Positions 12,244 through 25,122 of a stretch of 64,000 bases of DNA are shown in pieces (positions within the stretch are counted from its first letter, which is position 1; the number at the start of each line of letters is the position of its first letter). Source of the DNA: Rhizodiscina lignyota (taxonomy: Eukaryota); the NCBI GenBank assembly GCA_010015805.1, contig ML978140.1, positions 124,001 through 188,000 of the forward strand, given 5' to 3'. Both the position numbers and the translations under genes were made by a program. The notes beneath the pieces are model-generated. The model had not been told where the DNA came from. It searched no databases and was given only the letters and a program-made list of their open reading frames with translations.

Positions 12244-13027
12244 TCTAGAAAACTTGTGTGATGTACGCTTTGCTAGACCCTTCTCCTTTGAGCGATAGTT
12301 GAAGTAATGATGACAAGAGATGGAAGATCTGAGAGGAGAATCTGTTGAACTAATTATTGAAAGGGACTCTAGAATAAATAAAGAGTTACACTTATCAAAC
12401 AGGAACTTAAGGCGGCTGCCTTTTCAATTTGAGTCCCATCACGCTCTCCCAAATGGGCGAGTGGATACTAGAATGAGCGGGTGGATACTGAATAGGGCGG
12501 TACGATAAGTGCGATCTAAATATACTTCGTCTGTTGCTTTCCTGTAGAGTAAATCTAAGTATGAAAAGAAAGGAGCGGATGCGAAAGTCCGAAAATCGAG
12601 AAACGAAGATGTTGGTTCCACTTGCTGCGCCGAACTGTCAGCTGTTTCCGGCCGTATCGTGGCGGCAGCGACATGCGACAACGCGAAATGACGATTTCAC
12701 AAAGTCCTGAAGTGCAGCACAGTAAGGTCGGTAATACGATGGCTAAAGAATTAACACGCGCAATGCGAGATAGTAGATGCGGCACTGGTTACTGACTAAT
12801 GTCGCAGTGGAGGTGCTCGGATGGGCTGCCAGGTCAAAATCTTCGAGCTGTCTATATCGTACAACGACATCGCATTCCTGATGGAACCCTCCCTGGCGGT
12901 CGGTCAGGCGGTTCGAGCATTGTGTGCCTTAGTTTCCTCGATGCTGATACATCCAGCTCCAACGTTTAATGCTCTTTACGCAGACGGTACATCCTTGCTA
13001 GAGAAAATCCCTGTGAGATTTCAATGA

Positions 13028-13322
13028 TCATCCATCCCTTGAGGTCCGCATCACCACGACATCTTCGTCGGCTGCTCTGCCCTTATCAACCAGATCCAAT
13101 TCCGTGAGAGGTGTCTGAATACGTGTATTCTCGTCATACTCTGCACTTTCCGATGCACCTGGATATGCTTTAGCTGCGTGCCAGAGCTGACTGACTTTGC
13201 TGGTATGAAAAATACGCACATGTCGCTTTACGTCGATGAAGAATCCTTTGAAAGATGGCGACAATATCGCAAAGCAGTTGGAGTGTTCCAAAGATGAGTG
13301 CCAGTTTTGCCTCGGTGTTCAT
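13028..13322 (-). CDS. Small two-exon hypothetical protein (77 aa) with N-terminal hydrophobic segment
   Basis: ATG at 13322. A 61-nt GT..CTAA..CAG intron (13159-13219) joins MNTEAKLALIFGTLQLLCDIVAIFQRILHRRKATC in frame to ASESAEYDEN...RDG*. Confidence 0.4.
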
Positions 13323-14452
13323 GGTCAGTTTCCACCTGTTCTTACAAGGTTAATCTGCTAACCAACCGACATGACGCAAATTCAAAAAGGGGGTGTCTAC
13401 CTTGGTGCAAATTGCACAGTACACGGTCTTGGAATGCGATGTCTCGAATGCTCCGTCGGATAATCCTCATCTCTTGGATCTCTTATCGAGTATAGTTATA
13501 GGTATTGATATAAATATCCTTTGATGAATAGCGACAGGCCTATTCACCGGACCTCAAACGCACTATCAATTCGTTCAAAAATTTCTTCGCGAACAGTGGC
13601 AGGCTCTGTCAATGCAAAGCACTTTTGGTTTCCCGTAATTCCATTTGCAACCCATATAACTTCACCGCTGCGGCCATGTGATTAAAACTGCAACTACGAA
13701 CCGTTCAAATATTCCTCAACCTACCAACAAGGTCCGTCGAATTTCGAGACATTTAAAGGCTCGCTCCTTCGGAATACGCCCGATGGTCATGGTGGCTTAC
13801 GATATCGTATACCAATGCGTTGGCGGCTGATCAAGATACTGGGACCTCCCCCAATGAGAATTCTTGAACAGATGCGACTCATATCAGAACCCCTGATTCC
13901 CCACAGTGTCTCACCAGTTACGGCAGCCGCTAGACCAGGTTAATTTTTGAATCGAGTCTTCTCGAACGTCAGACGCGTTTCACGCGAATAATTCTTCAAC
14001 AAGGCAAACCGGTCAAGATGCGAACCAGGCACCACACCACCTCTCCTCCTGATCCGCAAAGCTTGATCGTTTGCCTTGCTAGTCTTGGGCCATCGAATGG
14101 CTGTGCGCTCGCCACGATCGGTGCGGAGGCCGCTCCTCGAAACTTATTCAATCTGGTCAGCGAGAGCTGATCTTTGTGGGCTGTGATTAAGCTCACCATG
14201 TCGAAGAACACAAAATGCACACCAATGGGTTCAGATAACTCATCTAACTGCTGCCAATTTCTTCCCGTCGTTATATCTCACCATGCTGAGCCTTCGAAGT
14301 AATTCGTAAATTTTAGCACCGCTTTTTGGGCATTTCAGCTTTCAGCCTCGTTCTTTCAATGACGGTAACCGAAATTTAGGGAGGTGGAATTTTTCGAGAT
14401 ACTGAGCAAGTAGGAGACTTGCACCTACTCTCGATTCATTCTTCAGTCAGCA

Positions 14453-16487
14453 ATGAGCCTCTCCCCGAGAGGGCCAGGAGCACCGCCCAAGCCATGGACA
14501 CCAGAATTGGATCGCAAGCTGCTCCGATATTACCTGTTGACTCCTTTAGACCTTGCAGGAATCGCAGCAATGTTAACAACACATTTATTCCTAGTGAAGT
14601 GTGCAATTCAATCCTACCCTCGAAGTTTATCACTGACGTACGTAGGCGTGGCACTCTGTACAGTCGACTGAAGCTTTTGTTGGGCAAAGACTACCACAAG
14701 CATCACATCAGTGATCACCGCCGAGATCGAGCAATTTTGGAAGTGCGATTGAGATGTTTCAAAGACGATCAGCAGGCTCTCATGGCCTAACTGGAACCAC
14801 AATTTATCAACGCAGCGGAGACCGATGAGATGCAAGAAATTACCTGGGACAGTGCTCATCCAGACACAAACGCAGAGGCAGTGTCTCCCAGACTCTCTTT
14901 ACTGGATGCGCTATTCTAGGGTAGCCGAATTACACCGGGATGAAGAACCAATGTCAGACGCATGCAACATTCCTTGGAGGTTTCCATGGTCATCCGAAGA
15001 GCCGTTTTCAGAGGATATGGAGATTGATCTTGTTGTCAAGACACCAGACACAGAGCATGACGAGTTCCAGGCTGATGATCTCTTTGAAGAATACCAGGAG
15101 CTAGTACAGTCGTCGTCAGGGTCGCTAGATGGACCGCAGCTTGGTACGATTGAGCCAGGCACTCCTCCTGCGAACGATTCAGCATCATCGGCATGCCTCG
15201 AATTTGATGCTGCTGCTACTCCGTCGATCAAAGGACATGATACCGCCGATAGTGAAAACCAGACGGAGAGTCAAACTTCAGGCGACACAATTAGAGTGGT
15301 TGAGGACCTTACCGAGAGCATCGCAACATACTCAAATCCGCCCGACACTCCTGAAGAGAGGTTCAGTGTGTCGAATATCTCAGTGGAGAGCCAGTCTCTT
15401 TTGTTGCTACTCGGTATCATTCCATCTTCCTCCAAATCAAGCACCTAATTGATCAAGGCGCGATTTTGGGGCAACACAATGCCGCAAAGCAAAACTTCCT
15501 CTTCGCCTTGAACCTAAAAGGTCTTGGTCGTCGCGGTGAAGATCTACTCCCCCTTCTCCAGTTTGTCCGATCATGCGATCATTCATTTGATTCGACCATC
15601 GAGATTCACACGGACAATGCTTTCTACACTGTCTTTTTGATCAGCTGGTAGATCGAGGTAAAGAGAAGGGTGCCTATGGCATCCCACTGGAGATTATCAA
15701 CAATGTCCTGAGTTTCGTGAGGGCTGACCCGTATAATCCAGACAACCTTGGTCGCACTTTCATGGACGTATTACGGACTCGATACCACTCATGGCAGATT
15801 CGCTGGTTACCGCGCACCAGGCATGACGGCAATTATCCTCTGGAGTATGACTATCGTGAAGACAAATCCCCTCTGGTAGACGACTGGACTTCGCTATGGA
15901 ACGTCAAAAGCCCAACTGCTGATCAAGGAACACACTTCGAAACATTTGTCGAGAAAGGTGGCTACTGGATGAATGATTTCACCTGCAGAGCGAACCGATT
16001 CAAGATCTACGACAGGAAAGGCGACACCTTTCTCATTTCTAAGATTAAATCTCTTTACAGAGCAGACCACGTTCCATGCTACGACTCCTCGCTTTCTTCT
16101 TTCATCTCGCAAACGCTCGGACAAGAACCGAACACCAGGCACGACTTGCGTGATCGAAATGGGGAATCCGCGCTCTTCCTCGCTACCAAATTTGGTCAAC
16201 CACAGGTGGTTTTGTGTCTGTTGAAAGCAGGCGCAGACTACCGCATCGAAAATTACGCCGGGAAAATGCTACTCGCCGCGGCAAGAGAGGAGCTGCTCTT
16301 CCTGAGAAAGCTCAAGGTACCTCATCGTATCCTGAAGGAGGCCGACATCATGGTGTGCATGATTCTCATTCTCAATCATGCACTTGGCGTGCCTATCTCG
16401 AATGGCATTCAGTTCCGGACGATCGAAGACGAGAAGGCGATCCTGAAGAACTACGCGCAGAACAACGAGATTTGGGCCGGGTCGTAG
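14453..16487 (+). pseudogene. Ankyrin-repeat protein with Clr5-like N-terminal helical domain, apparently disrupted
   Basis: N-terminus KPWTPELDRKLLRYYLLT. Ankyrin-like segments HLIDQGAILGQHNAAKQNFLFAL, DNLGRTFMD, DRKGDTFL and DRNGESALFLATKFGQPQVVLCLLKAGAD. Stops or frame changes at about 14790, 15400-15450 and 15651 are not obviously removable by introns. Confidence 0.6.
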
Positions 16488-16575
16488 ATTTGAGCAATCC
16501 CCCAAGCGAGAAGGGGGCTCCCAATTTTTGCAAATCATTACGATGACACTCGGGGCGTCGAGGCTACTGGATGGC

Positions 16576-16728
16576 TATCCCCCTTAGCGCTAGGGCCTCC
16601 CCGGCCTTGGTACAGAAATACCCGTATCACGGGGCGCCAAGGCACCCTGCCCCCTAGAGCTAGGTGCCTTTGGGGCTTAGAGTTTAGGTACTAAACCGGA
16701 AATGCCAGGTCTAGCGCTAAGGGGGATA
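16576..16728. mobile_element. MITE copy 1 (TA-flanked, Tc1/mariner-pogo type non-autonomous element)
   Basis: Perfect 18-bp inverted termini including the TA: TATCCCCCTTAGCGCTAG ... CTAGCGCTAAGGGGGATA. Interior is homologous to 23086-23271. Confidence 0.8.
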
Positions 16729-17257
16729 CGTCTTGCTCTAACGATGGATACTTCTTCAGGTACGACGACATGCAACATATACTCCATACGTCTACTCCGA
16801 TAGTGATAAAAATGTTGAGCTGTGGCTACAATGCAAGCTACGATACGTCGGCCGTCTACTTACCTGTACTCTTCAGCCAATACGGATTATGCCCGTCAAT
16901 GCTGTACGCTTGTAACAGATACTGTCTGGGGCATATCGAATCAAGCATCCAGATATGCTCCCACGAGCGTTGAAGAAGAAATCTCGTATCTGTTGTATAT
17001 ATTGGAACTGACGCGACTTAACTATTTTGTCACCCGCAAGTGGCCCAGTACAGTGCCATTGACGTCATCTGCGGAACATCCCCGAAGAACGCGTACCTCT
17101 AGTTCGAACTTCGCGTCGCTGCGTTGAAGCAAACTTCTTCCCATTCCTCAACTTCCTCGATCAATTGAACGTTTCACAGTTGCCTCAAAGCAATTAAGTT
17201 ACTGCCACAAACTCTTCCAAGCTGCACACTAGCCGCACAGGCCTCCCTCTTCCAAGT

Positions 17258-18019
17258 ATGGATGTGAGTTCCCCATTCCAGAGCGGCTTCTACAGATCTA
17301 ATAGCATCAGGTATACAATGCGTACAAGTACGTCCTATCCTCCAACAACCGCGTCAATCATACATCTCTAACAAAACCAGCCTCGGCACAGCAGGATGGC
17401 TCGCCACGCAGGCCGTCCCGCTTCTCCTCACTCCGCGAGTGATCATCTCGCTCCTCTCGGAGGAGATGAAGACCGCCACTGGTGCGCAACGTCTTCCCTT
17501 CCACCAGCTACAACCATAATCTTGCTAAAATCCTGCCATGATGCTGCAGATCTAGAAACATACTTCTGCCGCTGCCTAAGTTTCTCCCTCCTCGCGCTCG
17601 CATTCATGAGCCTCCTCCTCACCGGCTTCATCCCAATCAACGAGTTCCCAGAGGGTACGTGCTTCTGCTCCCGGGCTCCAGCCACAATCTGTAGGATCCA
17701 GATACTGCTGCTGACATCTTCTCAAGGCGAGACTGCCACGACGACCCCTTATGCCGTGCCTACCTTGTTCGGAACGATGACGTACCACATCGCTACGGCG
17801 ATATACTTGTATGTGCGGTGGAATAGCGGCGGGACTGCATCGATAGCCTTAGGAGCGGTTGCTAGCGGAGTGCTGTCGGTGATGGGGGTGTGGTGCTTGC
17901 TCTTCGCGACAGATAAGGGTCATATCAGCAAGAGGACTGGGGCAGACAAGCGGACTAGCGGGTGGCCGTTTAAGAATGAGATTGCGGATCAGAAGAAGGG
18001 TGGGAAGAAGGGCCTATGA
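17258..18019 (+). CDS. Conserved-type small fungal multi-pass membrane protein, multi-exon
   Basis: Micro first exon ATGGAT|GTGAGT, then exons GTAGWLATQAVPLLLTP, DLETYFCRCLSFSLLAL, PYAVPTL..YH, and a basic C-terminus GHISKRTGADKRTSGWPFKN. Confidence 0.75.
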
Positions 18020-18288
18020 TGCAATGCGGACCACACGATAGAAAAAGGATAGCGTGAAACTTGCAATCAGACATTCTGCATTACTGAAGCCACGCAATCT
18101 CTACAAGCACACTCAAAGATACACTGGGCTTTCATAACTCTCTCCGCTTGGATTCAAGGATAAAACTCGTCTGCGTTGGACGGTTTCAGCGTGCATCGAA
18201 TGATCGCTAAGCTTTTCTGAGATGATCGAGTCCTATCAATGTTCACCCAGTAATAAAACCCAGTGTGCTATTACTTTCGCCATTGTTA

Positions 18289-19644
18289 TTACCTCTCATC
18301 TTCTCCTTCGCCCATCTCGACATCCCCATCGACTTGCATCGGCCCTCCGCTAGCACCACTCTCCGCACCGTCCGCCTTCGCAGCCCATTTCCCACCTTGC
18401 CTCCACCAGGGCGTCCCCGCTGTCCCATTCTCGAGCTGCAGATTCCTCGTCCTTAGCGCATCGCGCTCAATCCGCTGCAGTACCGCGCCATCCAACTTGA
18501 GCGTCTTCTCACCATCTCTTTCTTCCAGCACCGCCATCTCGGCCTCCATCGCGTTCTCCAGCACCAGCTCTTTCGCCATCCATTCTTCTTTGCGCTGCGC
18601 TTCTAGCCGTTCGACTTCTGCCTTCAACTCCTCAGCATCCTGGCTCGCCCACTCCAGCTGGCGCTGGAGGAGGTGTAGGAGGTCTTTAGGTGACATCGCC
18701 GCCTCGCGCTCCGTCCAGCGAATGTCCGGCGGGAACTGGCGCGTGTAGGAGTCGCCGTGCGCGTCCGGCACGAAGATCACGTTGCTGTTGTCGTAGTCGG
18801 ATGTTGGGGGATAGTGCTGCGTCGTTGATGTCGCGGACGGGGAAGCTGGAGTCGATTTGTCGGAGCCAGCTCCGCCATTGGGGGCTTTAACAGTCAAGCG
18901 CAGGCGCTGAAATTTGTTCTGCGGGTTCGAGGAGTGGTGTTTGGGGACAGGGTCAGATGGGCGCAGGGCTTCGGTCTCGTGCACGGTGCGCATGTGTTTT
19001 GCCAGCGCGTCGGAGCGCGTGAAGGAGCGGTCGCATTCTGGAGCACCCGTTTCAGATGAAGTTCTCATCGCGATGTCAATTGAGAGTTAGAAGAGAGAGG
19101 AAGAAGTACCTGGCAAGCTGCAATAGAATGGTTTTTCTCGTGTATGGCTCCGCATATGCGCCCTCAGCGCATACCCGCTTGCGTGTGGAATGCCCTTCCT
19201 ACTACAGTCCACCCACTCGCAGCTGTACTTCTTCTGCCGCGCGAGAATGTGCGCGTCGTGCAGGTGCTCGACCAGCTTGTCCATATTTCCCAGATCCCCA
19301 GCGGGACACCCCTCCCACTTGCACGTCGTGATCTGCTCGCCCGCCAGCGTCTCCTCGTCGCGGTCCTGCACCCCCAAGCCGACTGGATGCGTCGGGCTGC
19401 CGGGCACGCTGCCCTCAGTGTCACTGCTAATATCCGCATCGTCGGTGATGGGGGGGATGTAGGTGGTGCTGTTGGCGCCGGCGTGCGCGTCCCATGAGGT
19501 GTGGCCGCCGGTGCGCTGGCGTTTTGATGGACGCGCGGAGTCGTCGTAGGGGTCGGCGGGACTAATGCTACGCTCCTCACCTTTGATGTCCTCCTCAAAA
19601 GCTTCGGAGGAGAGGGAGGAGAGCTCAGAGTCGGATTTCGCCAT
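18289..19644 (-). CDS. iec1: C2H2 zinc-finger protein, INO80 complex subunit Iec1-like
   Basis: Three C2H2 fingers (CKWEGC..HLHDAH; CEWVDC..HMRSH; TREKPFYCSLP|ECDRSFTRSDALAKHMRTVH) followed by ETEALRPSDPVPK and a coiled coil ending KELVLE. One intron at about 19039-19109. Confidence 0.8.
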
Positions 19645-20174
19645 TGCGATTGTGGTTGGTGTTCTGGAATGTCCGATGTCGAAAGGGGTGGTGGTGAGGA
19701 TGGAAGTTGTGGTGGTTGTTGGCAGGGTTCTGGCTTGGCAACAGGGGTTCAGCTTGGCAGCTCTATAAAATCACCAAGGACTTCTTCCGTCTTTCTCTCC
19801 TCCGCACCACCTCAACACAACACCAGACTTTGTTTCAACTTCATGCCTCCTGCTGGAGTCACTTATATTTCGAAGATGCGCTTGAGATGGTACCATATAA
19901 TGAGCCGATCGCTTCCGCCAATCATGTTCGCGACCGAGGTATCAGGCGTCTCGCCCACAGCTTCATCCAGAAAGGTATGTCTTACCCCTTATACTATACC
20001 ACCAATTTGGATGATGCACAAAGAATTCTGCAATGCGGATGGCCACAGGCCCAAGACGACTAAAAAAATTACTACACTTGATCTGACTCTCCAATTTTCA
20101 ACCATTCACTCATCTTTAAGCTTAACACCGACCGAAGCTAATATACAAACTACAAAGCAGAAACTTAACCACAC

Positions 20175-21313
20175 TCAACCATTGGTATGAGACATGCCGA
20201 ACTCTGGATATCTTGTTCCAGCAACCGTAACCTTGCTCAAGATCGCATTGATGGCCTTTATATCGCCATCCGTCAACTGTGCCGGCTTCATGTTTTCCTC
20301 AACCCTCTCCGCCGTCGTAGCGCCCGGAATCGGGATGATGACAGGAAGACCATTCTTCCCACTCACGGCAAGTATCCAACCGAGAGCGACTTGTGGTATC
20401 GTGGCAGCTTTGTCGTGTGCAATGCGCTCGACTTCATCTCGGAGCTTCACGTTCTGATAGAAGGCATCTCCTGTGAAACGAGGGAAGATTCGGAGACGCT
20501 CGGGCCTGCTGATCATTAGCTACGCGATTTCTTGCATTCGCCGGCCAGCCTTACACGTCTTCGGGTTTCTTCCATCCGCTAGTCAAGAACCCGCGACACA
20601 GAGGTGAGTATGCGAAGATTGGAATGTTGTGCTCGTGGCACGCTTCCGCGATTCCGTTCTCCATGATGTCCGTCGCCATCAGCGAGAACTCGACCTCTAC
20701 GGCAGCGATCTTGTGCAGTTTGGCTGCCTTGCGGATCGTGGCTGCAGACACTTCTGACAGACTGATGCCACCGACTTTGCCAGCTTTAACGTACTCTGCA
20801 ATCGTGTTGAGCGACTGTTCGTACGGCGTGTTGTGATCGACTCTCGCACACTCGAAGAGGTCAATCTTCTTCTTGCCGTCGAGCAGCTTGAGACATTCGT
20901 CGATGGAGCGGCGCACGTTCTGCGGGCTGCCATCGGGTTGCATCCTACCGTAAACGCTGGCGCCTTTGATGCACAGCTGAACTTTTTCGGCGTCTTCAGG
21001 GTATTTCGTGAAGTACGCATTTAGCAAATGCATCGCTGTCTATCTGTTAGGTTTGAGAGTGACGCAATGCCGTATCAAAGCTCACAGTTGTTATCGGGTG
21101 TCCCGTAGAACTCGCCTCCGTTCCACGCATTCGCGCCGAGCTCGAGGCTCTTGCGCATTGCTGGGAAGGCGACTTCGAATGGAGTTGGGTCTGGACGCCA
21201 TGTAAAGCCTGCGATTGCTTGTAAGTCTTGACGCGGACTGGCTGTCGTGAGGAGAACGCACCCATGAGCCCGTAGCCGACAGCGCCGATTTCCTGGTCGT
21301 TGACTTTCACCAT
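20175..21313 (-). CDS. Aldo-keto reductase, pyridoxal reductase (AKR8)-like, multi-exon
   Basis: GAVGYGLMG, KIDLFECARVD, GGISLSEVSAATI, AVEVEFSL, AYSPLCRGFL, IPIPGATT..RVEEN. Confidence 0.88.
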
Positions 21314-22688
21314 CTTGGTAGTGTCTAGACTTCGCTCTTATTGTAGTTCGACTCGATGCTATATCGTTTGCTGTGTCCCGTGGAAGTCGCAGTGGATTTA
21401 TATCGCAATGCTCCGGATTTAGCCTGCAAACTCTCCTCCGGCCAGTGTACGACTGAGGCAGCTAGCAGAGCGGAGAGGAGTGTCGTTCCTGCGTGGATGA
21501 AATTAGCGTCGAAATGGTTTCTCGAAGGAGTAAGGCTCCGATTTCCTCCTTCAGGCGTCGAGAACACGTCACGTTGACCCTTTCACTTTGTCGACGCGAA
21601 GAATGTGGAGAGCGCGGAATTAACACGCTAAATCCCGCTGGTGTTTGGCAAACGAGCAGGCAAGTGGGAGCAGTCCAATGGCGGCTGAGAATGGCAAGAA
21701 ATGAAAGCTTTGAGGTCGCTTGGGTGAAGTGTACGTCATGCATTTTAGATGCTCTGCACTCACTATCAATCTATCTCGCTTCAGCCGCTTGTGCAAAGGC
21801 CATAGCGTGTCCCCCTCTCCGTGACAAAAAGCTAACCACGAGTTTTACTCTTCTGCTTAGGCAACAGTGTCGTCCAAGGCTCAATACCGCCTTAATGAAC
21901 ATTTTGGCACTCCGGAGGCCGTTGTTTCACCGACACCAACCACCCGAAAGCCCGCCCGGGGCTCATTGAATTCCACTTCCGTTCCCAACACTGGAAGTCT
22001 GGGTTTTCTACCGAGTACAGACGCTTGCAAATCAACAAAATCCATCAATTGCTAGACTGCATGCCAATCCCGGATGTACAACGAATCTTTCATCCGAAAC
22101 AAACTGAGCCGGGTGCGCACAATTCAGTAGTCACAGCCTACCACCGTTCGAGCCAGCCACACCGGACGAAACAAAGGACATTTGCTCTGTTTGGTAACCT
22201 TTTCGTTTTCCCAATTCTTCTGGTTTTAATTTTTGTCCAGGCTTTCAGTTGTTTCAGCTCTCATGCTTATTCGCCTCTTCACCTTCTATCTGTTAGGTGC
22301 CGTTAGATCTCTTCAGGTTGTGTATCTGTCAATGCGCCATATTTCGAACGGTTCATCCAGGTGTTTACGGGCTCCAAATGTTGACTGTGCAATCATGATT
22401 CCTATGAACTCGTTTGCATCTCAATCGATTGAGTGTGCACATTGCTACAATGCGCGTCGGTCGAGTGAAGCCCGCGGCATACTTGGAAGCCTCGCTGCCG
22501 ATATATGATCAACCACCTGTTCTCTCTCAATAATCACTTTTCGCAGCCTCGCATATGGCTTGCGTTGTTGCGCTCGCTATAATAATCATATTGGTAAGCG
22601 CGCTTCTCTCGACGGCCTGTCCATCTTTATAGGAAAGTTGCTAACGCTCTCCTGCAGCTCCAGGCATATTCCCATTCGTAACAAACAA

Positions 22689-23529
22689 TGTCGAGAGTTA
22701 GTTATTACAGAATTGACGAATGCACTCTCACATTCGAACGGGCTCTGGGAGACCTTGAATGCATGAGCCTGGAACAGATCAAGATCCAAGACACGCAGTG
22801 GCAGTTGAAGCGAGCGCAAGCGATCGAATGTCGAGCGGCGGATTTAAAGAAGCAGCAGACCTAGGTGATCTACAGATACTGCGGATTTGTCAAGGTCATG
22901 CATTCAGCGTATGATGGATGGCTACCGTCGCCAAGGGACAGCATTGCATTCCCAGACAGCCTAGAGCAGCTACGCATCCAGTATTGCGCGTGAGTCCATA
23001 CTTGCACGTGGCCTGTTGCTGTCTACATGCTGCGCTACCGAGAATTGGTTATTTACTGACACGCTGCCCAGTTTCCTGCAGTTCATATCCCCCTTGCGGC
23101 TAGGGCATTCCCGGCCTCGGTACAGAAGTACCCCTATCACAAGGGCCTAGCACAGTAATTATTCATTCTTCGGTGCATCGCCCCCCAAGGCTAGGTGCCC
23201 TACCCCCCGGAAGTTTAGGGGGAGTTTAGGTACCGAAACCGGGAATGCCAGGTCTAGCCGCAAGGTGTATATAACGCAAAGACAAACGTCTGGCAGCGCA
23301 TCTTCGAAAGCGATGGCCTCGCGCTCTCCCTTAACGAGTCCCGCTCGCACCTGCTCTTCTGGGCGAATCGCCTCCGTCGCAATCATTATGCGACTCCCAA
23401 TTCCGCGAACTTAAACGACGACATGCTTGCAGTGCTCACCTTGCTCCTCAGAGAGTATGGATTCCATGAAGAGAGCGTAGAAGAGCAGATGCAGAAGAAG
23501 AGGCAGTTTGAGGCTTGGGATAGCGTATA
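22689..23529 (+). pseudogene. Decayed paralog of the unknown gene at 24509-25122, interrupted by MITE copy 2
   Basis: Downstream of the MITE, LALSLNESRSHLLFWANRLRRNHY...NLNDDMLAVLTLLL resembles QALTLHLYMEYLLFWVRRV...RLEEDINTVMEFVL. Upstream, LKKQQT*VIYRYC weakly resembles VQAMQDEVLRLFC. Confidence 0.35.
23086..23271. mobile_element. MITE copy 2 (same family as 16576-16728)
   Basis: Termini TATCCCCCTTGCGGCTAG ... CTAGCCGCAAGGTGTATA (16/18 match). Subterminal inverted repeat GGCATTCCCGGCCTCGGTAC / GTACCGAAACCGGGAATGCC. Shares internal blocks with copy 1. Confidence 0.78.
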
Positions 23530-24508
23530 GGATATGTTTCCTGGCCCCGCTCCTCGTATTTCGGGACTTGTGAGCGTGACGTCGAACACTGGGGAGCGAT
23601 TTTCTCTCGGTAGTCACTCAGGGTGGTTAGTAATAATGAAACTTTCATGAATGAATAAATCTCTTGTACGATGCACTTTAGCAATATTAATTTCACAGAT
23701 GATATTACCGACATCCGCCGCACGAATGGTCTTTCCATCTCGATCCAAAAGAGGAGGAAAGTTCCGTTGACGCCTTCGATCACGCAGGCCCTGAGTTACT
23801 GAACAGTCAGGTAACTTTCATTCATTTAGGGTGTCCCAAAAGAAGACTGGCTGATTTGCTCCTCCTGCTAGGCATTTTTCAGACCCAAAAGTTAAGTTGT
23901 GTAAATGTTTTGGGTGAACGAGCTCGGGGGTGACTAAATATATTATATCTGGCCACCATGCAAGCGGAGACGTTGTGAGTGGTAAACAGAGAGTAACAAC
24001 AATCTTTGTTCTAATGTGGAGGATAAAGACATCTCAATTGCTCAGGCAGTTCCAAGCAGAACTAGTGTCTGTCTGTTACAAGCATTCGACCAACATTTTG
24101 AAGTTTCTACCGAAATTGCTGTTTCGGGGATTCATCATCTCTCCTTTGTTGTTTTTGTTTGTCCTTTCATATTCTTGAGAGCTCTGCGAGTTTGCCGCTT
24201 TCTCATGAGCTCTATATAAAGGACTCATTTCTGTCAAAGTGGTGAAGTATCAGATGATTACCTCTACAAGTTGTGAGCTTCGTATGCTTCTTCGACGACA
24301 CCAGTCTCGACCAGTGTGTCCATGGCAGGACAATGTCACTGTTACTTCACGTTGCCAGTAGATAACTGGACTTTACATGCAGAGTACACTACACACTAAT
24401 GCCTTTTGTGTTGAAACATACATGTATATATATCTTTCCTCCATCAGACTATCGTTAACAAACTTTATGCTTATTCTCTTGTCGGAGTTCACGAAAATAC
24501 CGTTGAAA

Positions 24509-25122
24509 ATGTCAAAATTCGACGATTACGAGAACGCGATTGTGGAGCTCATTGTCAAGCACCCTCGGCAGACAACAGTGGAGGTGTGGAAGCAAATTCG
24601 GCAGGATGCGCTGACAGCTCGACTTCAACCTCTCGAAGTTCAGGCAATGCAAGACGAGGTCTTGCGCCTCTTTTGTCTGCACATATCGACATTCTATCCT
24701 TCGGACCTGGAGAAGTTAACCGTGAAGGACACGAAGGAGGCAGATATCGACACGTTATTGCGTAATTCCTTTCGATGTGAGGACTTCATCAATCACGACC
24801 GGCTGAGTGAGCATATTTGCAGGTCAGCATCATGCATGAATACTAGATGCTTTAAACATTGTTGACCATTAGCAGTTTCATGCAAAATGTTTTCCAAGTC
24901 TCCAAGCATCCTGATTCTTCTCGATCCTCGCCACAAGCGCTAACTCTGCACTTATATATGGAGTACCTCTTGTTCTGGGTCAGACGTGTAAGTGTACTTA
25001 GAGAATACCCCCCGGCGGATATATCACGACTGGAAGAAGATATCAACACTGTGATGGAATTTGTATTGCAGAATACGGCACCAGCCAAGAACGACATCAA
25101 GTGGCGCGATCGCATCTTCTGA
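24509..25122 (+). CDS. Hypothetical protein (probably two exons)
   Basis: MSKFDDYENAIVELI... ORF, candidate intron GTCAGC..TTGAC..TAG at about 24823-24872, second ORF to 25122. No recognised domain. Confidence 0.4.
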
